NCBI GenBank assembly: GCA_000435715.1
Contig: FR882601.1
Coordinates: 28,477-92,476 of the forward strand
DNA from: Firmicutes bacterium CAG:145
GTDB taxonomy: Bacteria > Bacillota > Clostridia > Peptostreptococcales > Anaerovoracaceae
Direction of reading: 5' to 3'
DNA length: 64,000 bases
This document shows, one piece after another, positions 19,823-30,743 of the stretch (the first letter of the stretch is position 1; each line of letters starts with the position of its first letter). Made by a program: the position numbers and the translations under genes. The notes below the pieces were generated by a model. The model saw nothing but the letters and a program-made list of their open reading frames with translations, did not search any database and had not been told where the DNA came from.

Positions 19823-20224
19823 ATGCTTGATTTGATTTTTTTGAATTTGAGATATATAGGATATGCGGCTGTACTCTTAGGTATAGTTTGGCTGGCAAAT
19901 TTTTTACTTGATCTATATTATAATATAGCCATAGTTCATAAATGCTGGAACTGCAGGACTTTCTATGACGGAGTACTGAGGTTCGGAGCTGTCTGCCTGG
20001 GAGTCACGCTCCTCACGGTAGCTATAAGCACTTTCCCTCAGTTTCTTTCGGCCATCGGTCTTACTGTTCCGGAGGAATATGTGGACGCCATGTCAGTACT
20101 GGCGATAGTGACCTTGTTCGCTAAAGGAATATACGAATACACTATAAGGGCGATGGATAAGCTCAACAGCATTTTCAAGAGCGAACTTGCCGATATGGAT
20201 CAGGATATTGAGAAACACGGATGA
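19823..20224 (+). CDS. Hypothetical membrane protein.
   Basis: 133 aa with three predicted TM helices. No family recognised. Confidence 0.4.
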   Translation: MLDLIFLNLRYIGYAAVLLGIVWLANFLLDLYYNIAIVHKCWNCRTFYDGVLRFGAVCLGVTLLTVAISTFPQFLSAIGLTVPEEYVDAMSVLAIVTLFAKGIYEYTIRAMDKLNSIFKSELADMDQDIEKHG

Positions 20225-20229
20225 AAAAA

Positions 20230-20270
20230 GAATACCCGGAGACGTATTCGCTTCCGGGTATTCTTCTTTT
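20230..20270. terminator. Bidirectional terminator between the hypothetical gene (+) and the SASP gene (-).
   Basis: Perfect 10-bp stem gaatacccgg / ccgggtattc with T-tracts on both sides. Confidence 0.6.
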
Positions 20271-20310
20271 GTTAAGAAATATAACGATAAATTTTCATTT
20301 TGCCGAAAAA

Positions 20311-20511
20311 TTATTTTCCAGCTAACTGTCTTTCAGCCATTTCGACTAACTTCTTAGTCATATAGCCGCCAACATAACCGTTCTGTCTTGCAGTCAGGTT
20401 ACCCTTGTCAGTCTGTTCGTAGTTAGAAAGACCAAGTTCGTTAGCAACTTCAGTCTTCAGACTGTTTAATGCAGGCTTTGCATTGATGTTCATCTTATCC
20501 TGTAATGACAT
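20311..20511 (-). CDS. Alpha/beta-type small acid-soluble spore protein.
   Basis: 66 aa. The KLEVANELGL-like signature TEVANELGLS and the motif GGYMTKKLVEMAE are both present. Confidence 0.9.
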   Translation of the reverse strand: MSLQDKMNINAKPALNSLKTEVANELGLSNYEQTDKGNLTARQNGYVGGYMTKKLVEMAERQLAGK

Positions 20512-20698
20512 TTTTGTTCACCTCCTATTACAGTAATAGTTTGATACGAAGTGAAAATAATATGTTATGAAATAATTGGATTTAATGGCCGTGACTGGAA
20601 ATTTCAAAATTGCAGGCAAGATTCCTGAAGGCGCCATGACGGATGCTTGCCAAAAGCCGATATAAATTATATAATCGGTATGAAAGGATAATAATATA

Positions 20699-21247
20699 AT
20701 GAGGATAATCGCGGGAAAATATAAAGGAAGAAGGCTGCAAACGCCGGATAATTATGATATACGTCCTACGACGGACAAAGTAAAGGAAGCCATGTTCAGC
20801 ATACTGGCTCCTGATATTTCAGAAAGCATATGCGCAGATGTATTCGCAGGAACGGGTAATCTGGGGCTGGAAGCGCTGTCAAGAGGAGCCGCAAAATGTT
20901 ATTTCTTCGATAACTCAAGGACAAGCATAGGAATAATAAAGACAAACATAGACCATTGCAAAGCTGAGGGAGCTGTGGTATACGCCGGGGATTCCATAAA
21001 AAATCTTGAAAAAATAAGAGAAAAGGTAGATATCTTTATACTGGATCCTCCCTATGAAGCGGAACTGTACGAGAAGTCTTTCAGAAAGATACGTCAGCTT
21101 GAACTTCTTTCGGAGAACGGTATAATCGTGGCCGAACACGAAAAGCGCCGTGACTTCCCTGACGAGATGGAGGGCTTTCACAAGATAAAGGACAGAAAAT
21201 ACGGACATATAATTCTGAGTTTGTACGGCCACCCGGATAAAGGTTGA
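20699..21247 (+). CDS. rsmD: 16S rRNA (guanine966-N2)-methyltransferase RsmD.
   Basis: MRIIAGKYKGRRL, VFAGTGNLGLEALSRGA and the DPPY motif. Confidence 0.9.
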   Translation: MRIIAGKYKGRRLQTPDNYDIRPTTDKVKEAMFSILAPDISESICADVFAGTGNLGLEALSRGAAKCYFFDNSRTSIGIIKTNIDHCKAEGAVVYAGDSIKNLEKIREKVDIFILDPPYEAELYEKSFRKIRQLELLSENGIIVAEHEKRRDFPDEMEGFHKIKDRKYGHIILSLYGHPDKG

Positions 21248-21299
21248 TTCCATCGCCTGCATGTGATAAAATATGTGATAAAGCATTGGAGGAAAATTT

Positions 21300-21785
21300 A
21301 TGAAAACCAAGGCGTTATATGCCGGTTCCTTTGATCCGCTGACGCTGGGACATCTTGATATTATAGAGAGGGCTGCGCACCTGTTCGATGAAGTCGTCAT
21401 AGGTGTGGTGGTAAATTTAGAAAAAAAGACCATGTTTTCTTTTGACGAGAGGATGGAGATGATCAAAGAAGCCACCTGCAGTATCGATAATGTAAAAGTG
21501 GACATGTGTGACGGACTCTTGGCCGATTTTGTAAATAACAATAATTTCAACGTGGTGGTAAGAGGTCTGCGAGGCATGAGCGATTTTGATTCTGAACAGC
21601 AGATGGCGCAGCTGCACCGCGGCTTGTATAATAAAGGCACAGAGACGGTTTTTCTCATGGCGGACGCAAGATATGCGTTTATAAGTTCCACCATGGCTAA
21701 ACATGTGATATCTTTAGGAGGCGCGGGGGACAACCTCGTACCGCCGTGTGTATTAAAAAAAATGAAAGGGAGATTTAACAAGTGA
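21300..21785 (+). CDS. coaD: Phosphopantetheine adenylyltransferase.
   Basis: YAGSFDPLTLGHLDII (H/TxGH motif). 161 aa. Confidence 0.95.
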   Translation: MKTKALYAGSFDPLTLGHLDIIERAAHLFDEVVIGVVVNLEKKTMFSFDERMEMIKEATCSIDNVKVDMCDGLLADFVNNNNFNVVVRGLRGMSDFDSEQQMAQLHRGLYNKGTETVFLMADARYAFISSTMAKHVISLGGAGDNLVPPCVLKKMKGRFNK

Positions 21786-22354
21786 TGGAAGATACGATGA
21801 AAGTCTTAAAACTGCTCGAGGAATTGGAAGATATCGTTGATGACGCCACCGGGCTGCCTCTTTCAAACAAGATAATGGTCGACGCAGAAGAAATTTTTCA
21901 GATCGTGAGAGAGATAAGACTCGCTTTGCCGGACGACGTTCAGCAGGCTAAGTGGATAAGGGACGAGAGAGACCGCATACTGGGAGAGGCCAAGGCGGAA
22001 TATGAGCGCATAATAAGAGAGGCTAAAAAACAGGCGGATTATCTGGTGGAGACCGATGATATCACTCTAAGAGCTACCAAGCTGGCTGCCGAGATAAAGC
22101 AGGACGCAGAGACTCACGCCAGAGTGATGAGGATGAGAACTTACGATTATGTGGATAAGATGCTTTACGATATGCAGGGCAAGATGGACGAGCTCAATAT
22201 GAAGTATTTCGGAGAAATGTACACGAGCCTTGAGAACACTTTTGTCGGAATAAACGAGACTCTGGCCGCCAACAGAGAAGAGATGAAGAATCTGGCCTAT
22301 AAGACTCAAAATGAAGTTGAAAGCGGCACTTTTGCGCCGGGAGAAGATGAATAG
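21782..22354 (+). CDS. Hypothetical coiled-coil protein.
   Basis: 190 aa, highly charged with helical heptads. Overlaps the coaD stop. Confidence 0.45.
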   Translation: MMEDTMKVLKLLEELEDIVDDATGLPLSNKIMVDAEEIFQIVREIRLALPDDVQQAKWIRDERDRILGEAKAEYERIIREAKKQADYLVETDDITLRATKLAAEIKQDAETHARVMRMRTYDYVDKMLYDMQGKMDELNMKYFGEMYTSLENTFVGINETLAANREEMKNLAYKTQNEVESGTFAPGEDE

Positions 22355-22395
22355 CGATATCAAGAGGTCACAAGACCATATTTGAGTGAAAATGG

Positions 22396-22440
22396 CCCCT
22401 TTTGTCAGATAAAAAAGTCTGATAAAAGGGGATTTTAGTT
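22396..22440 (+). terminator. Putative intrinsic terminator.
   Basis: cccctttt ... aaaagggg stem followed by attttagttt. Confidence 0.4.
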
Positions 22441-22528
22441 TACGGAATGACAGTCTTTCACATCTTCAGACTACGAGCCTTTCTCATATCTTATTCTAAA
22501 ATCGCATCTTTTTGAATAATATAGCCTT

Positions 22529-23437
22529 ATGAAGATTGATAAGGCCAGAAAAACTCAATTTGTAGTACTTCTGGCGGCAGTATTTTCTGTCGCTATGATA
22601 GTATTTCCGGAAGTGACCGAAACGGGATCAAAGACTGCCATAGTGCTGTGGATAAATTCCATAGTGCCGGTGCTCTTGCCGTTTTTCATCTTTTCCGATT
22701 TTATAAAAAGGACGGGAGACCTGGACAGACTGCCTGCGTCGGTCTATCCCTTTGTCGTTGCCTTTCTCTCAGGCTATCCCATGGGAGCCAAAATAGTAGG
22801 AGACTTTATAAAAGAGAAAAAGGTTACGGTAAACCAGGGGAGGTATATACTGAGTTATTCGCTGGTGACCGGCCCGGCGTTCATAATTTTTACTATAGGA
22901 AATTTTATCGGCAGTCAAAAAGCGGCCGCAGTGCTCGCCATAGCCCATTATGTCGGAGCCCTGATCAACGGTTTCTTTTACAGAAACCGTGAGGAAAAGA
23001 AGGAGAAGAGAAAAGGCGGCGGGAGGCCTCCTAAAGGCGACTATCTCGAAAACTTTACGGACGCCATAGTATCCGGCTTTAAAGCCATGGCTATGATACT
23101 TGCCTATCTGATGGTATTTACCATAGGAATCAATATACTGGAACATTTGGGCGTGTTCAGCGTCATAAATAACCAGGGAGTTGCCGCTTCGTTTAAGGGA
23201 ATTTTCGAAATGACCATAGGAATAAATCTCGTGGGAATGTGCGATATGGGGATACGGTTAAAATCTGTGATAGCCGCATTTTTAGTTTCCTTCGGAGGGC
23301 TGTCGGTGGCAGGGCAGTCCATGTCCATGGCGAGAGGCTCGGGCATAGGCCTTGCAGACATATTAAAGATAAAACTGACTCACGGCATGATCGCCGCAAT
23401 TATCACTACTATCCTCATACATATTGTGGTAATATAA
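22529..23437 (+). CDS. ylbJ: Sporulation integral membrane protein YlbJ (nucleoside-recognition/Gate-domain family).
   Basis: A 302-aa polytopic membrane protein. The rsmD-coaD-ylbJ order mirrors the B. subtilis ylbH-ylbI-ylbJ cluster. Confidence 0.7.
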   Translation: MKIDKARKTQFVVLLAAVFSVAMIVFPEVTETGSKTAIVLWINSIVPVLLPFFIFSDFIKRTGDLDRLPASVYPFVVAFLSGYPMGAKIVGDFIKEKKVTVNQGRYILSYSLVTGPAFIIFTIGNFIGSQKAAAVLAIAHYVGALINGFFYRNREEKKEKRKGGGRPPKGDYLENFTDAIVSGFKAMAMILAYLMVFTIGINILEHLGVFSVINNQGVAASFKGIFEMTIGINLVGMCDMGIRLKSVIAAFLVSFGGLSVAGQSMSMARGSGIGLADILKIKLTHGMIAAIITTILIHIVVI

Positions 23438-23441
23438 GAAC

Positions 23442-24620
23442 ATGAAGAAAAAAAGCGTAGGAATAATAGCAGAATATAATCCGTTTCATAACGGTCATCT
23501 GTATCAGCTGAACGAATCCGTCAGACTTACAGGGGCAGAGGTTATAATCGCCGCCATGAGCGGAAACTTCGTACAAAGAGGCGAACCGGCCATAGCGGAT
23601 AAGTGGGACAGAGCCGAAGCGGCAGTCAGATGCGGCGTGGATATTGCAGTGGAAATTCCCACAGTCTTTGCATGCAGTTCGGCCCAGAACTTTGCAGGCG
23701 CCGGCGTAGAGATACTGGAAAATCTCGGAGCCGATTATATTTCATTTGGAAGCGAATCGGGAAATATAGAAGAATTGGCGGAGATTTCCCGGGTAATGGA
23801 ACAAAATCCCCGGGAAATAGACGAGTTTATAAGATTAAAGATTAAGGAGGGACTTTCTTACCCCAGAGCGCGCATACAGGCTATTGAGATGATCACAGGA
23901 GAGGAACAGGCCGGCATTTTAGATAGTCCCAACAATATTCTGGCAGTAGAATATATGAGAAAGATAAAGAGGGCAGTCCCCATAACTGTAAAGAGGACAG
24001 GCCCCGGATACAATGATGTGACGGCAGAAGGAGAACTTGCTTCCGCGTCGGCCATAAGATATCTGCTTAATGAAAACAGAGATATTTCCCCTCTGCTGCC
24101 CGGGGAATCGAAGAAAATTCTGATGAAGGCGGCGCCTGTAAGTGAGGAAAAGTATTTCAACATGTTATGCTACAGAGCCCTTTCAGCAGACATTGCGCAG
24201 ATGGACAAGGCTCCGGCAGGAGGAGAGGGACTGAGCAATAAGCTCAAGAATTCAGTTCGACTGTGCCGCAGCCTTGATGATCTTGCCGATACGCTGAAAT
24301 CCAAGAGATATACCAGAACGAGAATCGACAGATTTCTCGCTCAGGTGCTTTTGGCAATAGACAGAGACGTCCACACAGAAAATTATATCAGAATATTGGC
24401 TCTGAGCAAAAAAGGAGGAGCTTATCTCAAGGATCTGAAAAAGTCAGGCGCCTGTGAACTTACGATAATTACAAATATGAGCAAAGAAAATCTTCCCGAA
24501 GAGATACGATATGGCGTCTCGAGAGATATTCTGGCCTCAGATATCTATAATCTGCTGTGCGAAAGGGATATGTACCGATTTTCAGAATACGTGAGAAAGC
24601 CCTTTATAGCCGGCGAATAG
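23442..24620 (+). CDS. tmcAL: tRNA(Met) cytidine acetate ligase TmcAL (YlbM/UPF0348 nucleotidyltransferase).
   Basis: GIIAEYNPFHNGHLYQL is the HxGH nucleotidyltransferase motif. 392 aa. Synteny with ylbM. Confidence 0.8.
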   Translation: MKKKSVGIIAEYNPFHNGHLYQLNESVRLTGAEVIIAAMSGNFVQRGEPAIADKWDRAEAAVRCGVDIAVEIPTVFACSSAQNFAGAGVEILENLGADYISFGSESGNIEELAEISRVMEQNPREIDEFIRLKIKEGLSYPRARIQAIEMITGEEQAGILDSPNNILAVEYMRKIKRAVPITVKRTGPGYNDVTAEGELASASAIRYLLNENRDISPLLPGESKKILMKAAPVSEEKYFNMLCYRALSADIAQMDKAPAGGEGLSNKLKNSVRLCRSLDDLADTLKSKRYTRTRIDRFLAQVLLAIDRDVHTENYIRILALSKKGGAYLKDLKKSGACELTIITNMSKENLPEEIRYGVSRDILASDIYNLLCERDMYRFSEYVRKPFIAGE

Positions 24621-24627
24621 AGGAAAG

Positions 24628-24720
24628 CCTTTGCAAATACGGCGGTAGTCCGAGTGATTACAGTTCAATTTTTCTCTGATACAAAATCCTTTGCAAAAAA
24701 ACGGGCATACCCTTGCAAAA
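24628..24720 (+). promoter_or_regulatory. Three copies of a palindromic C(C/T)TTGCAAA element upstream of ackA. Candidate regulator sites.
   Basis: cctttgcaaa at 24628-24637, cctttgcaaa at 24688-24697, and cccttgcaaaa at 24709-24720. The TTGCAA core is self-complementary. Confidence 0.3.
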
Positions 24721-24783
24721 TACCGAATTTTTGTTTATACTATATGAGGTTAATCAGTTAATTAAAATATACGGAGGATAGAT

Positions 24784-25989
24784 ATGAAAGTTTTAGTTAT
24801 CAATTGCGGTAGTTCTTCCCTGAAATATCAGGTTCTGGACATGACTAACGAGTCGCTGCTGTGCAAAGGTCTCGTAGAGAGAATAGGCATGGACGGATCG
24901 GTCATCACTCACGAAAAGATCGGAATGGAAAAGAAGAAGACAGAAGTGCCTATGAATGACCATAAGGACGCTATAGAGCAGGTTCTTAAAGCCGTTCAGG
25001 ATCCTGAGACGGGAGTCGTCAAATCCATGGACGAGATAGGAGCAGTGGGACACAGAGTAGTACATGCCGGAGAAAAATTCGCTTCTTCAGTACGTATCAC
25101 AGACGAGGTGATAAAGGCTCTTGAAGAGTGCGTAGAACTGGCTCCGCTCCACAACCCGCCAAATCTTCTTGGCATAGCCGCCTGCCAGGAATTGATGCCG
25201 AGCACACCGATGGTGGGCGTATTTGACACAGCTTTCCATCAGACTATGCCGCCTGAATCATATATCTATGCTATTCCTTATGAATATTATGAAAAACACG
25301 GAATAAGGAGATACGGCTTCCACGGAACATCTCATAAATATGTTGCCGAGAGAGCCTCAAAGATGCTCAACGTAAATCTGGAGGATCTCAAGCTGATAAC
25401 TTGCCATCTGGGCAACGGAGCGTCAGTATCAGCCATAAAGAGAGGAAAATGTATCGACACTTCCATGGGATTTACTCCTCTTGAAGGACTGGTAATGGGT
25501 ACCAGATGCGGAGATATAGACCCGGCCATCGTTACCTACATCAGAGAAAAAGAGAACCTTCCTCAGGGAAAGGCCAACGAGATCCTGAATAAGAAATCAG
25601 GAGTACTGGGAATCTCCGGAGTATCCAGCGATTTCAGAGATATAGAAGACGCAGTAGCCGAAGGAAATGAAAGAGCTGCTCTTGCTCTCAAAGTGTTCGC
25701 TCATAAAGTTAGATTCTATATCGGAGCCTATATTGCCGAAATGAACGGCGTAGACGCTATAATCTTTACGGCGGGAGTAGGCGAAAACGACGTCACCATG
25801 AGAGAGATAATCTGCAATAACCTTGGAAATCTGGGCATCAAACTCGATCCTGTAAAGAACAAGATGAGAGGAAAAGAGACAGAAATCTCTACCGATGATT
25901 CTAAAGTCAAGATCCTCATGATACCTACCAATGAAGAATTGATGATAGCCAGAGATACTTACAACATAGTCACTAAGGGAAGAGCATAG
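24784..25989 (+). CDS. ackA: Acetate kinase.
   Basis: [16 protein letters not shown]. 401 aa. Confidence 0.95.
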   Translation: MKVLVINCGSSSLKYQVLDMTNESLLCKGLVERIGMDGSVITHEKIGMEKKKTEVPMNDHKDAIEQVLKAVQDPETGVVKSMDEIGAVGHRVVHAGEKFASSVRITDEVIKALEECVELAPLHNPPNLLGIAACQELMPSTPMVGVFDTAFHQTMPPESYIYAIPYEYYEKHGIRRYGFHGTSHKYVAERASKMLNVNLEDLKLITCHLGNGASVSAIKRGKCIDTSMGFTPLEGLVMGTRCGDIDPAIVTYIREKENLPQGKANEILNKKSGVLGISGVSSDFRDIEDAVAEGNERAALALKVFAHKVRFYIGAYIAEMNGVDAIIFTAGVGENDVTMREIICNNLGNLGIKLDPVKNKMRGKETEISTDDSKVKILMIPTNEELMIARDTYNIVTKGRA

Positions 25990-26161
25990 AGGACAGGATA
26001 AAAGAGAAATAACAGTTAATGATAAAGTTTTTGTTGACAAACCTTGGGTAAAAAGTATATACTCAAATAGTTGACATTCATTTCATCCTTATTTGCGGCA
26101 GAAGCTTGCAAAAACAAGGGGATGAACTTCACATAGAAGCGCGAATAAGGAGGTGTAAGAC

Positions 26162-26338
26162 ATGGCAGTACCTAAACGAAAAACTTCAAAAGCGAGAAGA
26201 GATAAGAGAAAATCCGCTAACATGAAGATGACAGCACCGGGACTTTCGATTTGTCCTCAGTGTCATGAACCTAAGCTCCCTCATAGAGTTTGCCCTAACT
26301 GCAACTACTATGACGGAAAAGATGTAGTACAGGCGTAA
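26162..26338 (+). CDS. rpmF: 50S ribosomal protein L32.
   Basis: [18 protein letters not shown] ... [20 protein letters not shown]. Not in the ORF track because it is under 60 aa. The RBS is aaggaggtg. Confidence 0.9.
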   Translation: MAVPKRKTSKARRDKRKSANMKMTAPGLSICPQCHEPKLPHRVCPNCNYYDGKDVVQA

Positions 26339-26353
26339 GCTTAGATGGATTTT

Positions 26354-26384
26354 AAACGGCAGATGAATACTGCCGTTTTTTATT
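26354..26384 (+). terminator. Rho-independent terminator after rpmF.
   Basis: aaacggcag, loop atgaatac, tgccgttt, then tttt. Confidence 0.6.
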
Positions 26385-26459
26385 GTTTAAAATACGAAGG
26401 TTTGTGGTAACTAACCCAAGTATATAATAATTTTTTACAATATAAAGGAGGCAATCATC

Positions 26460-26792
26460 ATGGAAAAGATGGACAACAAATGCAAAAATACCGGTCTCTT
26501 TGCAGCCGGAGTATTGTTTGGAACTGCCGGCATAAAGTTGCTTTCGAGCAAAGACGCCAAGAAACTTTATACTAAAGTGACCGCCGCAGTTCTGCGCGCA
26601 AAATCCAGCGTCATGAAGACGGCTACCACCATTCAGGAAAACGCCGAAGATATTCTCGAAGACGCTAAACAGATCAACGACGAATTGGAACAAGAACAGA
26701 TCTTTGAAGACTGCTCTTCCAAGGCAAATGCAGAAGATGCGGTCAAAGCCGCTAAAGAGGTCAGAGAATCGGCCGCAGAAGAAGGCGAATAA
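26460..26792 (+). CDS. Hypothetical protein, possibly a partner of the downstream P-type ATPase.
   Basis: 110 aa. One N-terminal hydrophobic segment and an acidic helical tail. Its stop is 4 nt before the ATPase start. Confidence 0.4.
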   Translation: MEKMDNKCKNTGLFAAGVLFGTAGIKLLSSKDAKKLYTKVTAAVLRAKSSVMKTATTIQENAEDILEDAKQINDELEQEQIFEDCSSKANAEDAVKAAKEVRESAAEEGE

Positions 26793-26795
26793 AAG

Positions 26796-28880
26796 ATGAA
26801 GTTTTCAATACGACATGATGGAAAAGGCAGAATACGAGCACATCTGTTTATTCCTGAAATGACGACGAGGCAAGCCGATATTCTGCAATATTATCTGGAA
26901 CATGATTCATCGGTACTCAAAGCTAAGGTTTATGAGAAGACTCAGGATGTTTCCATATGCTTTCTCGAAAGAGACAGGTGCAGCATAATAAGGAGCCTCC
27001 AAGAGTTTTCCTTTGAGGACGTCCATGTCCTGGCGCATATCCTTGAAAGTTCAGGCAGAGAATTAAACGGAATTTATCGGGACAGACTAATTACGACTGC
27101 CCTGTGGCATTTCGGGAAAAAATTGCTCCCGTATCAGGTCAGGCTGATCTTCACGGGGGCCAATTCTTTGAGGTTCATCTGGAAGGGATTAAAATCTCTT
27201 GCAGATAGAAAGATGGAAGTAGCAGTTCTGGACGCTACCGCCATAGGCGTGTCCATATTGAGATCTGATATAAAAACAGCCGGGTCCATAATGTTTCTGC
27301 TGAAAATAAGCGGAATTCTCGAAGAATGGACCCACAAGAAATCGGTAGATGATCTGGCCAGGAGTATGGCTCTACAGGCAGGCAAGGTATGGCTCATAAG
27401 CGGAGACTCCCAGGAAATGCTGGTATCCTCAGATGAGATCAAAGAAGGCGATAAAGTCTGCATACATATGGGCAACGTCATTCCTTTTGACGGAACTGTA
27501 GAAAAAGGAGAAGGCATGGTCAATCAGTCGTCTCTGACGGGAGAGAGCCTAACAGTCAGAAAGACTTGCGGCGGATATGTGTATGCGGGAACCGTTCTGG
27601 AAGAAGGGGAACTCGTGATACAGGTAAAAGAGACCGCCGGAGACAGCAGATATGAGAAAATCGTCTCCATGATAGAAGAAACTGAAAAGCTTAAATCATC
27701 TCTGGAAAACAGGGCGGAAAACCTTGCGGATCGCCTCGTGCCGTGGTCATTGGGAGGAACGGCGGTTACATATCTTTTGACTAAGAATGTCACGAAAGCG
27801 TTATCTATACTCATGGTGGATTTTTCGTGCGCGCTGCAGCTTACCATGCCTGTAGCGGTACTTTCGGCCGTAAGGGAAGCCGGAGCGCACAGTATAACTG
27901 TAAAAGGCGGAAAATACATGGAGGTCATGGCGGCAGCTGACACAGTAGTGTTCGATAAGACGGGAACCCTTACTAAAGCTAAACCTTCAGTGGCGGGGGT
28001 CTATCCTTTTACAGACGATTACAGTGAAAACGAACTGCTCAGGATAGCAGCCTGCATTGAGGAACATTTCCCTCATTCCATGGCTAAGGCGGTGGTGGAA
28101 GCCGCTAAAAACAGAAATCTTACTCATGAGGAAATGCATTCTAAAGTAGAGTACATAGTAGCTCACGGTATAGCTACTACTATAAAAGATAAACGAACTG
28201 TCATAGGCAGCCGTCACTTTGTCATGGAAGACGAGAAGTGCGTGATTCCTCGGGGACGAGAAGAACAGTTCGAAAACCTTCCTGCTCAATATTCGCATCT
28301 TTACTTGGCGATAGAGGGAACTCTGGCCGCCGTCATCTGCATCGAGGACCCTATACGTGAAGAGGCTCCGGAGGTAATAGACAAGCTCAGAAAAGCAGGC
28401 ATAGAAAAAGTGGTCATGATGACAGGAGACGGAGAAAGAGCAGCATCGGCCATAGCTGAAAAATTAGGGCTTGATGAGTACTATTCCGAAGTCTTGCCGG
28501 AGGATAAGGCTAAATACATCAGAATTGAAAAGGACAAAGGCAGAAAAGTCGTCATGATAGGAGACGGAATCAACGACTCCCTTGCCTTGTCCACGGCGGA
28601 TATAGGCATAGCAATCAGTGACGGAGCTGAGATAGCCAGAGAAGTGGCAGACGTTACCATCGCCGCTGAAGATCTCAATGAGATAGTGGTCTTAAAGCTG
28701 CTGAGCAATGCGCTTATGAAACGCATAAAGGGTAATTACCGGTCCATAGTCGGCTTCAATGCGGGACTGATAGGCTTAGGTATTATGGGAGTGATTCCGC
28801 CGGCTACATCTGCGCTGCTTCACAATTCGTCCACTTTGCTCTTTACGCTGAAAAGCATGGGAAATCTTTTGACTGAATAG
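26796..28880 (+). CDS. P1B-like P-type ATPase with a TM SCA motif. Substrate unknown.
   Basis: DKTGTLT phosphorylation motif, TGES actuator motif and GDGINDS hinge are all present. TM6 carries SCALQLTMP rather than CPC. There is no N-terminal CxxC metal-binding domain. Confidence 0.8.
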   Translation: MKFSIRHDGKGRIRAHLFIPEMTTRQADILQYYLEHDSSVLKAKVYEKTQDVSICFLERDRCSIIRSLQEFSFEDVHVLAHILESSGRELNGIYRDRLITTALWHFGKKLLPYQVRLIFTGANSLRFIWKGLKSLADRKMEVAVLDATAIGVSILRSDIKTAGSIMFLLKISGILEEWTHKKSVDDLARSMALQAGKVWLISGDSQEMLVSSDEIKEGDKVCIHMGNVIPFDGTVEKGEGMVNQSSLTGESLTVRKTCGGYVYAGTVLEEGELVIQVKETAGDSRYEKIVSMIEETEKLKSSLENRAENLADRLVPWSLGGTAVTYLLTKNVTKALSILMVDFSCALQLTMPVAVLSAVREAGAHSITVKGGKYMEVMAAADTVVFDKTGTLTKAKPSVAGVYPFTDDYSENELLRIAACIEEHFPHSMAKAVVEAAKNRNLTHEEMHSKVEYIVAHGIATTIKDKRTVIGSRHFVMEDEKCVIPRGREEQFENLPAQYSHLYLAIEGTLAAVICIEDPIREEAPEVIDKLRKAGIEKVVMMTGDGERAASAIAEKLGLDEYYSEVLPEDKAKYIRIEKDKGRKVVMIGDGINDSLALSTADIGIAISDGAEIAREVADVTIAAEDLNEIVVLKLLSNALMKRIKGNYRSIVGFNAGLIGLGIMGVIPPATSALLHNSSTLLFTLKSMGNLLTE

Positions 28881-28896
28881 AAGGAGATAATAATAA

Positions 28897-30189
<1,293 letters not shown>

Positions 30190-30210
30190 TCGATCGGATA
30201 CTGCAGATAT

Positions 30211-30251
30211 AAATAAACTCCTCTGTCGCTATAAGGCAGAGGAGTTTATTT
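30211..30251. terminator. Bidirectional terminator between eno (+) and the XRE gene (-).
   Basis: 15-bp stem aaataaactcctctg / cagaggagtttattt. Confidence 0.6.
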
Positions 30252-30464
30252 ATATCTCGATTTGCAGTTAGTCTGATCTAAGAGGTAATCTATGCTGGTA
30301 TTGTATATTCGTGCAAGTTTTATCAGAATCTGAGTGGGAATATCGTTTTCTCCAGTCTCATATTTACTGTACCCCGTCTGTGACATACCTAAGAGCTTGG
30401 CAAGCTCACTCTGAGTCATGTCGTTATCTGTTCTCAAATCACGTATGCGCCTGTACATTATCAA
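30246..30464 (-). CDS. XRE-family helix-turn-helix transcriptional regulator.
   Basis: 72 aa. LRTDNDMTQSELAKLLGMSQTGYSKYETGENDIP is an HTH_3 motif. Confidence 0.85.
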   Translation of the reverse strand: MIMYRRIRDLRTDNDMTQSELAKLLGMSQTGYSKYETGENDIPTQILIKLARIYNTSIDYLLDQTNCKSRYK

Positions 30465-30523
30465 GCTCCTTTCAGTGTTCGCAAGTTACATTTTATTACA
30501 AATATAAAGACTCAGAGTATTTA

Positions 30524-30725
30524 AACCTGAAATAGGTTAAAATTAAAATCACACAGAAGATAAATTCCTCATAAAAAGTATGTCGATAAATATTAAAGAT
30601 TATCCGATAAAACTTGACATAAACAGTCGTATTATGTAGAATTTATTTAACCTGTTTCAGGTTAAAAAGTTAATAAAATCCTACGATACAAAAAATTTTA
30701 AAATTATATAATCTGAAACAGGTTG
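30524..30725. promoter_or_regulatory. Three related palindromic operator-like sites, consensus AACCTG-N3-CAGGTT. They flank and overlap a sigma-A promoter (TTGACA 30614-30619, TGtTAGAAT 30635-30642) that drives the downstream polymer operon.
   Basis: aacctgaaataggtt at 30524-30538. aacctgtttcaggtt at 30649-30663, a perfect palindrome sitting at about +1 of the promoter. atctgaaacaggttg at 30711-30725. The XRE gene is divergent from this promoter. Confidence 0.45.
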
Positions 30726-30743
30726 AAATTGGAGCGAATCAAA

